A stretch of 64,000 nt of DNA. Origin: Monocercomonoides exilis PA203. Taxonomy: Eukaryota > Protista > Preaxostyla. The notes beneath the pieces were generated by a model. It saw nothing but the letters and a program-made list of their open reading frames with translations, was not told the DNA's origin and did not search any database. The translations under genes and the position numbers were made by a program. Shown here piece by piece: positions 24,968 to 36,533 of this stretch (position 1 is its first letter; every line of letters starts with the position of its first letter). The DNA lies in NCBI GenBank assembly GCA_001643675.2, contig LSRY02000026.1, forward strand, positions 1,116,001-1,180,000, given 5' to 3'.

Positions 24968-26937
24968 AACACAACCTCACAATTGGTGGAAGAACAGCGT
25001 TATTTTCCGATGCATGGAATATGGTGGGAGGAGAAAAGATGATCAAAAGAGGAGTTGTTCCGGTTTGGAGGAGCGCCAAAGCTCGCAAGACCCTTATCAA
25101 CTCTCAGTTAAATTTCCGGAGACCGAAGCAATCACAGGAAGCAAGGGAAGCCTTGGCGGAGTTAATCAAAGTTCAAGTGAAAACTGGAATTCTCAGGTAA
25201 ACCACCAAAAACCAAGTGAGATTTGTCAATCCAATATTTGCAGTCAGGAAAAGGAATGGGAGCTGGAGACAGATTGTGGATTGCAGGAAGTTGAACAATG
25301 TGAGAAAAACAATACACTTCAAACAAGAGGATCATCGATCTGTGGAAAGAATTATAAAGAATGGGGATTTCGCAGTCACACTGGATTTAAGCCAAGCTTA
25401 CTACCTCATCAAGGTCTCAGAGGATTTCACTCCTTTTCGAAGCTTCGAGTTCAACAAAGACTTTTATTGCTTCACCAGTATGCCTTTCGGTTTCAAGGAC
25501 TCTCCAAGAAAATTCACAAAAGTTATGAGAAAGGTCATTTCGTTCATTCGGGAAAGATGGAAGGTGAAAGCTGTCGCATATTTAGACGACATTGCCTTGC
25601 TCCATCAAGACAAGCAAAAACTGAAGAGAATCGCAAAAGCAGTTATAAGTTTATTTCAGAAACTGGGACTTATTGTTAATCTGGAAAAGAGCCACATGAA
25701 AACATCAAATTATTTTTCATTTTTTTGATATTCATGTGACACTTCCAACTTCACTGTAACTTTGGAGAAAGACAGAAAAAAAGAACTCTTCGTTGAGTGC
25801 AGCAGATGGAGGCGCCGAGCACTGAAATGCAAGCAAACAAGAGTGAGAGATTTCGCTTTGTTCATTGGAAAGCTAAGTGTAACTCGCTTCGTCTTCAAGA
25901 AAGCTTCACTCCTTTTTCCATCGATGTACATGCTGCTGAACAGAATGGTCAAAAAAGTGGGGTGGAAAGGAAGGATGAGAATCAACCCATCAATCCTTCC
26001 GAGCATTCAAAAATGGATATCGAGACTGAATGCGAACAAACCGAGACAGCTTTGCCCAATATTCCAACCACAAGCAACCTTGACGACAGATGCATCAGAG
26101 AGAGCTATGGGAGCGGTTCTTCAAATGAACAACAAAAAATACGATTTCCATCAATCGCTTCCAGGGAAATTGAGATGCCAGAGCTCGAATTTCAGGGAAT
26201 AATATGCAATCAATCGAGCACTCAACCATTTCAGATACCTTCTTCAGGTGAACAAAGTTTGCAGATTGCTAATCAGATCAGACAATACAACAGCGGTTTT
26301 CAATGTCGATCTATGGAATGCAGAATTAAATCTCAGGAAGTTGCTAATGAAAATATATTCATTTGTTCAGAACAGTCACATTCAGACAAAAGTCCAGCAC
26401 TTTCCAGGGATGATGAATGTCAGAGCGGATGCTCTATCCAATCTAGAAGGAGGAGGAGATTATTCCATAAAAGAAGAAGAGTTAAACGTAATCACGGAAA
26501 TCCTCAATCTCAAAATAACTATGGATGCGTTGTCAACGAATGAGAACACGAAAGCGGACCGATGGTGCAATCCAGGAAGAACATTAAACGAAGATTGACT
26601 CCAGCAATCATGGCAAGGAGGCGTTATTGTAGCCCATCCACCGATTCCACTAATAGTCCCAACGATAGTGAAATCAATAGAGGAAAATGCACATGTTCTT
26701 CTTCTGATGCCAGATTGGAGAGGGCAGATATGGGAACCATTGATAAAAGTGTCGAGACACTTCGAATGGAGATGGAAGGAATAGAACCAGGTTTTGCAGA
26801 AAGGAAGATGGATGAAACCGATGGAAGCAAGTCGACCTCCAGGCAGAATGAGAATAGTCCTTATCAATCCTTCGAATCGCAAGGAGAAAAATGGTTTCGG
26901 AAAATGCTTGTTTCAAAGATATTTTCCGAGAGGGTGA
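24961..26937 (+). pseudogene. pol (RT - RNase H - N6-adenine methyltransferase-like) of DIRS element B; one frame with four internal stops
   Basis: FVNPIFAVRKRNGSWRQIVDCRKLN, LDLSQAYY, MPFG, AYLDDI, LTTDAS, SSNFRE, IRSDNTTA, HFPGMMNVRADALS, SWQGGVIVAHPPIPLI..LLMPDWRGQIW. Stops end at 25200, 25728, 26202 and 26598. Confidence 0.92.
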
Positions 26938-28178
26938 TCTACGAATGCAGAAATAGCGTTGCCGAAAACACATGGAAAGAATATTCATATTGTGATGTGC
27001 GTTTCAGTGAAATATGAGAAGATAATAGAAACGGAGATCCACAGGAAGCTTGGAGCGAGTGGGTCCAAAAATGAACAGTAATTTTCAAAAGATTAAAAGA
27101 AAAAGGGATGAAGGCTTCGACGGAAAAATAAACATGTAAAGCATTATCGCTCATCTTAGAATTTCTGTTCAATAGAGGCCTGAGAGAATCTGCACTTATG
27201 CAAAGGATATTAAAATCATTCCGAAGATCAGAAAACAAGAAAAAAAGAGACAAACCAGAGATCTGGAACCCCCAACTCCTGCTGCAGAAGATAACATCAT
27301 TAGGTGAGAACAGGAACCTTGACTTTCATGAATTGACACAAAAGGCTATATGAACATGTGTGTTGTTCTCCGCTTGTCGATTTACGGAGTTGGAAAGGAT
27401 AAACCTGCAGATTTCAACAATTGGAGACGATTCAATAAAACTCGATTCATCATTAAAAACATCAGCAGAACGTCCAAATATTATCATCCCGTTCATAAAA
27501 GAACAGCCGCTTGCGTTTCCAGCAGCTTCCGTAAAGGAACTTTGGAACAGAATCAAAGAATCTCAGCCAAATGCAACTTCACTATTCATAGATGAGAAAA
27601 CTCATCTAACACTTTCTGCAAGAAGGATTCGTAATTATTTGGCTGAAATGCTGCAGGATGCTGGGATTCCAAAGTGTTTCGGGCCTTACTCATTGAAGCA
27701 CGCGTTTATCACTGTGCTAACGATGGCAGGAATTCCCTTAGCCCAAATTGCTAAGTTTGCCAGACTCTCTCCTAGAAGCAACACTATCACAAAGCATTAC
27801 GTCCAATCAGATGTGTCAAGAAAGCTGGCCCACGTGATAGCAAGAAGCAATTCAACTATTCTTTCACCTGAAGAAAGTGGGCATGAGTCAGAATCCGATT
27901 CAGATTCTGAGGCGGAATCCGATTCCGAAACAAATTCCAGTTCAAAATCCGAGGAACAAACACCAACAAAGAAAATATGCGAAAGCGGAGATCAAAAACA
28001 ACAAGCAATACTTGCATACCCAGATAAAGTTGAGGAAACAGAGGACACCGAAGAAAACAATGCTGCACAGACAGTTATCAGCGAGGCTAAGATTGAATTC
28101 ATTATCCGAACAAGATCTCAAAGAAGAAAAGAATTAGAAAAGAAACAACACGAAGAAAAGGATACAAGTTCAAGCTGA
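26860..28178 (+). pseudogene. Tyrosine recombinase of DIRS element B; one frame with four internal stops
   Basis: LFSACRFTEL, GPYSLKHA, FARL, TKHY. Stops at 27015-17, 27072-74, 27129-31 and 27351-53. The 5' end overlaps pol in another frame; the start is approximate. Confidence 0.88.
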
Positions 28179-28207
28179 TTAACATTATCAAACCTTCCCA
28201 ATTATCT

Positions 28208-28315
28208 GCGCTCTCAAAAATATAAGAGAAGGAAGTGAAATAAATATTTTCTCTGTAATCAAAACGCTTGTGTTTTGATTGAAAGAGAAAATGGTTATTT
28301 CACTTCCTTCTCTTA
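28208..28315. repeat. Internal complementary region (ICR) of DIRS element B
   Basis: The left half is complementary to the left terminus and the right half to the right terminus. The halves meet at ATCAAAAC-GCTTGT-GTTTTGAT (28258-28279). Confidence 0.88.
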
Positions 28316-28581
28316 CTCCCTCCACAACTTAGACATCCCATCCCCTTATAAATTCGTCATTGCTGAATAACAATGTGGGAAAAAATTTAACACTTATAAT
28401 TCCTTCTCTTTGCAGTTTATATTTTAAAACATTTAATTTAATTAAATTGTATCTTTCTTGTTTCAAACATGTGTTTTCACTGCATTTGTAATAATTTTCA
28501 ATTTGCCAAGTTACAATTCTTTATATTTTCCCATTTGCACCTTTGTTCACCATTTCATTAAGTACCATTTTAATCAGCTGG

Positions 28582-28660
28582 GTGACTGACCCATAACGTG
28601 GCGCTCTCAAAAATATAAGAGAAGGAAGTGAAATAACCATTTTCTCTTTTAATCATACAC
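28582..28660 (-). repeat. Right ITR of DIRS element B
   Basis: GTGACTGACCCATAACGTGGCGCTCTCAAAAATATAAGAGAAGGAAGTGAAATAACCATTTTCTCTTTTAATCA. Confidence 0.9.
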
Positions 28661-29186
28661 ATTACACATTATTTCTTCTTTTTCTTCATTCACTTCATCT
28701 GATTGAATTTCTTCACATTCTGCATCTTCATCAGAGATTAAGAGAGAAATGAAAAAGAAACAGATGAATTAAACAGCCGAAGAAAAAAATAACAAATAAA
28801 AATTAGAAGAGGAAAGAAGAGGAGAAAGATAAAGAAAATAAAGATCTTTTAAGGAAGGATTCGGAAAGGATATGAAATTGAGAAAATGAAAGAGGACTTT
28901 TTGAATGAAAGGAAGAAGATATTTGGATACGAAATTTGAGTTGAAAGTGAAATTTGAGAAACGATAAAAGGAAACAACAGAGAAAAGAAGAAAGAAAGAT
29001 TATTGAATAATTTGAAAGATAGATTGATAAAACAATAAATGAAATAATATTTATTCGTAAATATACTTTTAAAGTGGATTATTTTCCTTTCTACTAAATC
29101 AACAATTTTCAATGCTTCATTTTCAATTTGTAAATGAAAGTTTTTAATGTCTTTAAAGGATTTCTTTTGGAATAATACAATAACAT

Positions 29187-32100
29187 GGGTGATTTTTTTG
29201 ATATCATAAAAAATTCCGACGTTTGATCATAAAAAAATTTTATTAAGGGTGGTGTTGAATCGAAAATATTTTTGAAAAATAATGCGAAAATATTGTTTCA
29301 TTTATTATTATAATTAATTATTTGTTGATTTTTTATGTTACCAATTGTTTTTATTTCATATTTTGAAAAAAATATTATAAATAATTCAAAAAATATCAAA
29401 ACTTAAAAAAACCAAAGCTTTCTGGAAAAATGAACATGATAACAATAATTGCGAAAAAATAGTGAAGAAATTTTAATTCGCAAAAATTTGTTATATAATG
29501 TGATTGAAATTGAAAAAAAATAAGATTGGTTGAAATCGATAAATATTAATAGAAATCATCAATTTTTGACAATTAATAATTTTCATAGTTGATTCACCCA
29601 CGTTCGCTTCTCTTTCAATTGTTTTGTAATCATCCTCTTTTGAAAAATGCAAAATTATTGTTTCTTGTCAATTTCACGCTTATCATCCAGAAACTCCTTT
29701 TTCCAAGAATTAGATATTCAATTTCCATCCCCATCTCTCAACCATGTGCACTTTCCATATGAATTCAATTTTTCAATCGGATGGTCGGCCTAAGCAATGA
29801 GCTATTCTGCTTTCATTCGTTTTTATTCATTTCGACCTCCTGCCCTGAAAATGAAACACAAAAACAGTCAACATGTTAATGTTCATATATAGAAAAATAA
29901 ATAAAGACCAAACTGCCCTTCAACTGTTTTTTGCCAAACACACTCATTTCCACAACAATCATCATTCAAAAATTCAATCTCTTCATTTCAGCCTCAGAAT
30001 GGTCAAATTGCAGCATGGAATGCATCTCCACAAAATATATCGTGTATCTCACTGGAGTGTCTTCTCAGCCCGTACACATTGTGGTGGATGCCCAGAGGTG
30101 TTTTTTCTTTTCAACTATGATCATCTCCTTTAATAATATTCTCAACCATCCAAAGAAGTATTTGATGTTTATCTCATCAACACCAGGTACAGGAGGGATA
30201 TGGGGCAGAGAAGAGATGGAAGAGGATTATTAGTGGCAGGGAGTGGATGTTGAGTATTTTATGAAATGATAATCTTTCGAGAGGAGTTTTTGAATGGAAG
30301 ATAATCTGTGACAAAGGGATGGGGAAGGAACAGGCGGAGACGTGGAGAAGAAAATGTAGTAAATATATAGAGAAGTGGCTGGAGATGATGAGGAAAGTGA
30401 TTATTGTTGATTGGAGAAATGGATTTTGAAGAGAAGGAAAAGAGGGCAAAAGCTGGAAAGAAGAAGGAATATTCTGAAATGTTCAAATGGAAGAGTGAGA
30501 TTTTTGTGAGGAAAAGATTTTGTAGAAGAGAATGGGAGATGAAGAAAACGAATGTGTTCATATCTTCAGAGAATTTTGAGAACCAAACGGAAAGTGGAAA
30601 TGGAAAAGAAAGGTCATAAAGAAATATCTTCATATTTTTGTTTATAAGTGAAGGGCAGAACAATTGCAAAAAGAAAGTCTATGAACTGAGAAAGTCATTT
30701 TTCATCATTCAATTTCCTTCAGCCTTCAACAAATATTTCGACAAAGATTGTTTTCTCTTTGTCAAGTCAACTCATTGAATTCGATGTTTGGTTCAATCAC
30801 GACTTCAAACAAATTATTTTCAACTTCATAAATATCATTCGACTGAATTCACATTTTTCAATTGCTTCTTCTTCTTCTTTGCCTTCTTCACATTCATCTT
30901 TGTAGATCCTCTCACCTTCTGCTGGGCCAGAGAATCGAACCAATTACAGATTATCTCGTCTTTCTTCTGCAGCTCATGCAAGTTATTGGAATATGAGAGT
31001 CCGTTTCTATGACACTCACGAATCATTTTTAGGAGAGCTATTCGGATAACAACATTCGTTTTCTGAGCCATCAATTGGAGTTATTGCATGTGTGATGAGA
31101 TATATTTATTTGTCAAAAAGTTTTTAAGGAATTCCATTTTGACTATTATTTTGTGTTTGTGTGTGCGCTTGCTGTTTGTACTGTTGTGACCAGATGAATT
31201 TGAAAGCCTGCGCTCCTTCGTTTTGTTCTGAATTGGAAGGACGTTTCAAACAACTTCTTGGGACATACGACAATTACCCCGTGGATAGAGAAAACTTGGA
31301 GTGGTTTGCATTTTTGTCATTTTATTTTAACTGATATTTTTGTCAACTCGTTTGTTATTTCTGTTGCTATTTTCAATATTTCTTCGGTGCTTGGCAAACA
31401 ACATTCTTTTCACTTCATCAACACAGGCTTCAATCATTTGTTGGGCGTGTTCTTTCTGGCTTCTTCAGCCTAGCAGGTGCTCGGCGTGCTGTATCATCAG
31501 CCTCTTTGCAACCGATCGGATCAGAGGCTCCAGCAATCCCCATTGCAGAGCGAGAGAGGCGGTTTATTGAGTCGCTGGGGAAGCAGCAGGAAACACATAC
31601 AGCCAACGATCCCCGCTTTCCAGCACAAATTCCTGCTGAGTTATCACTCCCTTATGCAGCATGCCCTCCTCCCTTACCTCCTGCACAGCCTCGCTCTGAT
31701 TGCATGGGCAGCTCATTGGCTGGGCAAGACAAGACAGATATTTCTCTTTCAACGGCCAAAGATGGAATATCTGGCTCTATCCAGATTCCGCAGATTCCTC
31801 TGGTTTCAAACAGATCGTCCTGTTCCTCTTCCTCACCTTCTTCTAATTCTTCTTCCCATCCTCCTCCTTTTTCTTTATTCTCATCATCATCGTCACTTCC
31901 ATAAATGCATTCTGCAGCTTCGCTGAATGTGCATTTGAACTGTTTTCTTCTTCCCCAGAGGCGCATTCTGCTCTGCTTTTGCACTTCGTTCGGCTTCCGC
32001 GCTCCGGCTGTGCTGAACAGGGTGAATGAGGCGAATGGGCATCGAATGAGAAATGGCAGTGGAAGAGGGAAGGAGCTTCAAGGCACATTGCGTTCATCAG

Positions 32101-33014
32101 CTCGCTTTATGACACCGCCAAGAAGCAAAGAGAGAGAAGTTCAAGTTCAAATAGAAGAGGCAAAGAAGGTGGTTTTCAAAAGCAAATTGAGCACAGAGCA
32201 GAGGAAAGGGAATCAATGGGAAAAGCCAAAGGCGAAGACGAAGACGAAGGAGAAAGACGAGTTTTGAACAATGCAAATTGACGTTTTCGACACAAGGCTT
32301 CCACAGGCAGTAACAGAAAGGAGGAGGAGGGACAGGGGAAGAGAAGAAGGAGGTGAAGAAAATGATGAACAGCAGCAAACATTAAACTCATTCGATAGCA
32401 CACTCTCATCTATTCGGATGCACACTTTAAACACCACAGCCTCCTCGACAATTGCCACCCCTCTTTTTTTCCGCTCACCACACACAATTGTCTGCCTCTT
32501 CTGTTCTTGTTGGAACTCCGCTGTATCCCTTCACACCTTCATCTCCTTCCACATATTCCTCTTCATTCACGCGGAAGCCCCTCGACATATCTAGCCCAAG
32601 TTCTGCTTCTTTATTGAACGTGTTTTCTTCCTCTCCTTCTTCTTCCTCTTTTTCTTCCTCTCCATCTTCTCATCTCCTTCTGCTTCTATTTCTTCCTTCT
32701 CGCTTCCACAGCTTGTGACTGTGCCGATCCCTCGTGCGATTCTCGGGAAGAGCAGATTGGGCAATGCAGGTGTGTTTGCAAGCAGCAGCGTGTCAGCGAC
32801 GAGGGATGTGTTTGAGCCACAGAGCATCCTTCTGAACAATGCAGCGTATGTGGCTAGCCAGGGGGTTCGGGTGGGTGGTGAGAAGGAGGGGAAAGAAGGA
32901 AAGGGAGAGAAGAAGGATGAGAAGAGGAGTGCAAATGAGTTTGTGAGTGATAAAGATGAAATGGGATCATTGTGTCTAACAGATAAATGCATAGGTAATG
33001 AGAAAAATGAAGAG

Positions 33015-33046
<32 letters not shown>

Positions 33047-36000
33047 AGAAGAAGAATATGGATTTGACAAAGACATTAGAAAGGCTCAGAAAAAATAGAA
33101 TGGGATAAAAGGAAGAATAAGCCCGTATCGATTGAAACCACGCTTTGCTCAGCTTATCAGCCAGAAATCAAAAATCCAAGAAGGATTCAGCAGCATATTA
33201 TCGAACGCGATCACTTTCTCAACGTTTTCATCTGCATACAAATCATCTTTATTCACTTCTTCTTCATTTCTCATTTCATCACCATCATCGCCATCACCTT
33301 CTTCTTCTTCTTCTTCTTCTTCCTTTTCTCTTTCACCAACCAACCTGCCATCCATCAAGCACAGCTTAGGGCGTTCGTTCAAAGTGAAGCAGCAGAATGC
33401 GATTGAACTGTGTGTCAGTGTAGTTTGCAGCGCTTTTCTGTCGATTGATGTTCCACCTTCGCTGCGCTGTGCGTTTCCTGTTGAACAGTTAATGGTCTGC
33501 GGCTTCGACGACATCCGCAGGCTGAGGGGACTAAACGCAATGACCCACATGGCGAACCAGAATTGTATGGAAAATATGAATTTTTCAGTAAAATAAAATA
33601 TATTTCATTAATTGTTTCATTTATTTTTGTTAATCTGTATTTTGCTTTTCAAATATTTATCTTTATTTAAATTTTTTGTTCACCCTCAAATGATGAATAG
33701 TTATGATGGTGGACTAATAGCTACGATTTTTCAATTGTCTTGTTAAGTGAATAAAGGTTATTTGCTGAATGATGCTGTTGCAAAGCAATTGTTCAGGTTC
33801 ATGGGGTTTGCCAGAAACTATTAATTGAAATTTCATTCACATTATTTTCTTTCTTTCTTTTCGAATTCTTTTTCTTCTTCCTTTTCACACACACTTTTTC
33901 GCTCATTCATTTCATTATACATAAACACGCAAATATGTTCACATTCAGTTTCCGTTGGTACCCTCTTGTCTCTTCTTCTTTGACCAACAAATTCATCACC
34001 AACGGTGCAGTGTTCCACTTTTCATTTCTGTACCACGGCATTCTCCAGCCCATCCACCGCCTGCTGCACTCGCCGCGCGCTGAATACAGCGGCAAGGCCT
34101 CCTCCATCCTTCTCTCGCTGATCAGCAAGTCGTTCAAGCTGTTTGCCAGCTCGCTCGACAAGGCGCTGTTTAAAAAGCTAGTCGAGCTGATGCACTCACC
34201 ACAGGCGATTGTGCGGAACAACGATTCGAAATCATCGAGGCGCTTGCAGAAGGAAAAGGGCTGGATGAAGAAGGAGATGGTGAGGGAAAATGAGATGGAG
34301 GATATGGTGGAAGGCCACGGAGGGGATATGAGGGAAGGGTGATGCATGGTGATGCGAAGGAGAAGAGAAACGAGAAGGATAAAGAAGCGAACAACGAACC
34401 AACAGTCACGAAGGAAGAGCTATAGCGTCGTTTGCTGAGCTGGGGTGTTGTGTCGAATCTTGTTGGCGTCCTGGCGTCTCCAACGGCAACTGACATAGCG
34501 AAAATAATAACTGCTGGTGCTTTGCTTAATCTGAATGCAGCTGTTTGGAAAAAGAGGAACAGGAGAAGATACGGAGGAGGAGGATGATGAAGAGGATGAA
34601 GAAAAGGAGAGTGTTACTAAAGAGATGAAGAAGAAGAAGAATGGTGTTCATGTCCAGCTTCTCCTCGCACACAAGGTAATTCTCCCACTTTGTCTCGACT
34701 GCGCTTTTTCCTGTACTCACCTTTGCTGCATCCATTGATTGCCTCAGTTCTAATTCTATGCTACGCTGATCCCACCATGACATGCTCCATCCACAGCCTG
34801 AAAAATATATGCATCTCCACGCTCCTTCAAAAGGCAGCGCAAAACAGCCACAGCGGAATATTGTCCAATGAGAAGAGAAGAACTGCCATATCTGAGTCAC
34901 TGAGTGCGCTCCTCAACAATAAGAATGATTTTCTTCTTTCAGAATCGTATTTTAAAGAGGGTTATATCAATTCCTCAACCATTTGCTCCTTCTTCTTCAT
35001 TCCCTTTCTCTTCTTCTTCTCCCAAACCTCAACTTATTCCACAATCTTAACTATTGTTCATATACAGCGCTCACAGAACAGCAAATTGAACAGAACTTAT
35101 TGGCTTCTCAGAAAGCTTCGATGAAGCTCAACCCAATCAATTCTGTAAGAGAACATAGGAAAGAGCAAGTGAAAGTGAAGAGATAGGGAAAAGTGTTCAG
35201 TGCGTGTCAAACTCCACAAGGGAGGGAAGAACTGTGCATGCCATTGTTTAATTGCTGCTGATGCCGAGAGCCGAAGGAAGAGAAAGAGAAGATTGAAGGT
35301 TTGGAAGAAGAGCGGAAGGATATCAATTTTGATCATGAAAGATAGTAGCTTGTTTAGCGAAAGATACAGTTGCAATTGGGGGAGATGAGAGAGATGATGG
35401 AGAGAGAGTGAAATGAGGGGGAAGCAAAAACGAAAGAAAAGGATGATCAAGAGAAAGAGGAAGATGATGACGAAAAGGGGGAAGAAATAGCATAAACCAA
35501 AACGAATGATGGTTGATGCGAATTTATTGTTGATTTCTTCACAAAGCAACAAGAGCAGGAACTTAGGAAAAGCACGAAGTTGACGAAGGGAGAATTTAAA
35601 AATGTCGAGGAGAAATGAAAGGAAACGATATGGTGTTGAGAAAGAAACTTCAACTGCATTTTCATAAAGAACAAAAAGATAAGTAACGAAAATGATTCAA
35701 TTGCTCTAATAAACTGCAGTTATTAAAATAGCACAATCTTCGTTTGCCGATTCTGTTGAGTTGTTCAGCAGACACGGTAATTTTTTGATGAGGTTTCACT
35801 TCAATTAATGAAAAGCACATTTCTTTTTCTACGGAAAAATAAAAATTCACAAATTTGTTGCATTTTTAAAAGTTCTTTAAATATTTTTTCCCTTTTATTA
35901 GCTTTTTTGAGAAAGTTAAGAATATTTTTTTGTCTTTTTGATGAGTTTTGTAGGTTTAACTTTATTTATTTTAGGTTAATTTTTATTTTACTTGATCAAA

Positions 36001-36188
36001 AAAAATCTTTTCAACAAAAACATTAAAAAGGTATGTTTTTTTTCTATAACAATAAAACAAATATATATTACAGAAATAGAAGTTAAATACTAAAAATTGA
36101 TCTGAAAAGACTATGATCATCAAATACCACAATAGATTTTATTTTTTTGATTTTTGATCTTTTTTTATGATATCAAAAAAAATCACCC
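29187..36188. mobile_element. Segment bounded by 27-bp inverted repeats (GGGTGATTTTTTTGATATCATAAAAAA) with ACAT on both outer sides: either one 7-kb unit or two separate ~413-bp MITEs
   Basis: ACAT|GGGTGA.. at 29183-29213 and ..TCACCC|ACAT at 36161-36192. Weaker internal ends at 29599 (TCACCC|ACGT) and 35776 (ACAC|GGTAATTTTTTGATG). Confidence 0.5.
32700..35150 (+). pseudogene. Decayed intron-containing gene, possibly ARM/HEAT-like
   Basis: Helical fragments such as HGILQPIHRLLHSPRAEYSGKASSILLSL, LFKKLVELMHSPQAIVR and LLSWGVVSNLVGVLAS, interrupted by stops and frameshifts. Confidence 0.4.
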
Positions 36189-36533
36189 ACATTCTCATAT
36201 TTGTTATAAAGAAAAAATAATAGAGAAAAAATTCGAAAATGAGATAAAAACTGGTAATTGAAAATAAATATCAAATCCATGCATTTATTTTGAAAAGTGC
36301 AACTTGAGAAATTGTTATTATTTTTCTAATAAAGATTAAAAAACCAATAATGAAATTCATTTGTATTTTCAACTTGATCAAATTCGTAAATGTTTTCATT
36401 TTGTGAAAACATTTGATTCCTTTTTGCAGAACTATTCTTTGTTGCTGGTTCAATAATCTCATTCTCACTTTGGTTTCCATCTTCAATTTTTTTATTTCTT
36501 CGCTTTTTGCTGGATCTGTTTTTTTAAAAGCAG

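Larger units (their letters stand above)
24030..28660 (+). mobile_element. Full-length DIRS1-like retrotransposon (family B) with ITRs and internal complementary region; inactivated by nonsense mutations
   Basis: gag, RT, RNase H, MT, YR order. 47-bp perfect inverted repeat at 24058-24104 and 28582-28628. ICR at 28208-28315 is complementary to both termini. Confidence 0.93.

Noticed and set aside
25014-26543. Overlapping ORFs 25014..25679 and 25797..26543 as extra DIRS genes
   Set aside because: They are in the YR frame upstream of the YR domain and could be a long N-terminal overlap, but they show no recognisable domain, so they are not called separately.
24961-28178. Stop-codon reassignment (for example TAR=Gln, known in some oxymonads) as the explanation for in-frame stops
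   Set aside because: The stops are a mix of TGA and TAA at positions where motifs predict different residues (Gly, Leu, Trp). The 9-kb and 2.6-kb genes use CAA/CAG freely, with only one internal TAG between them.
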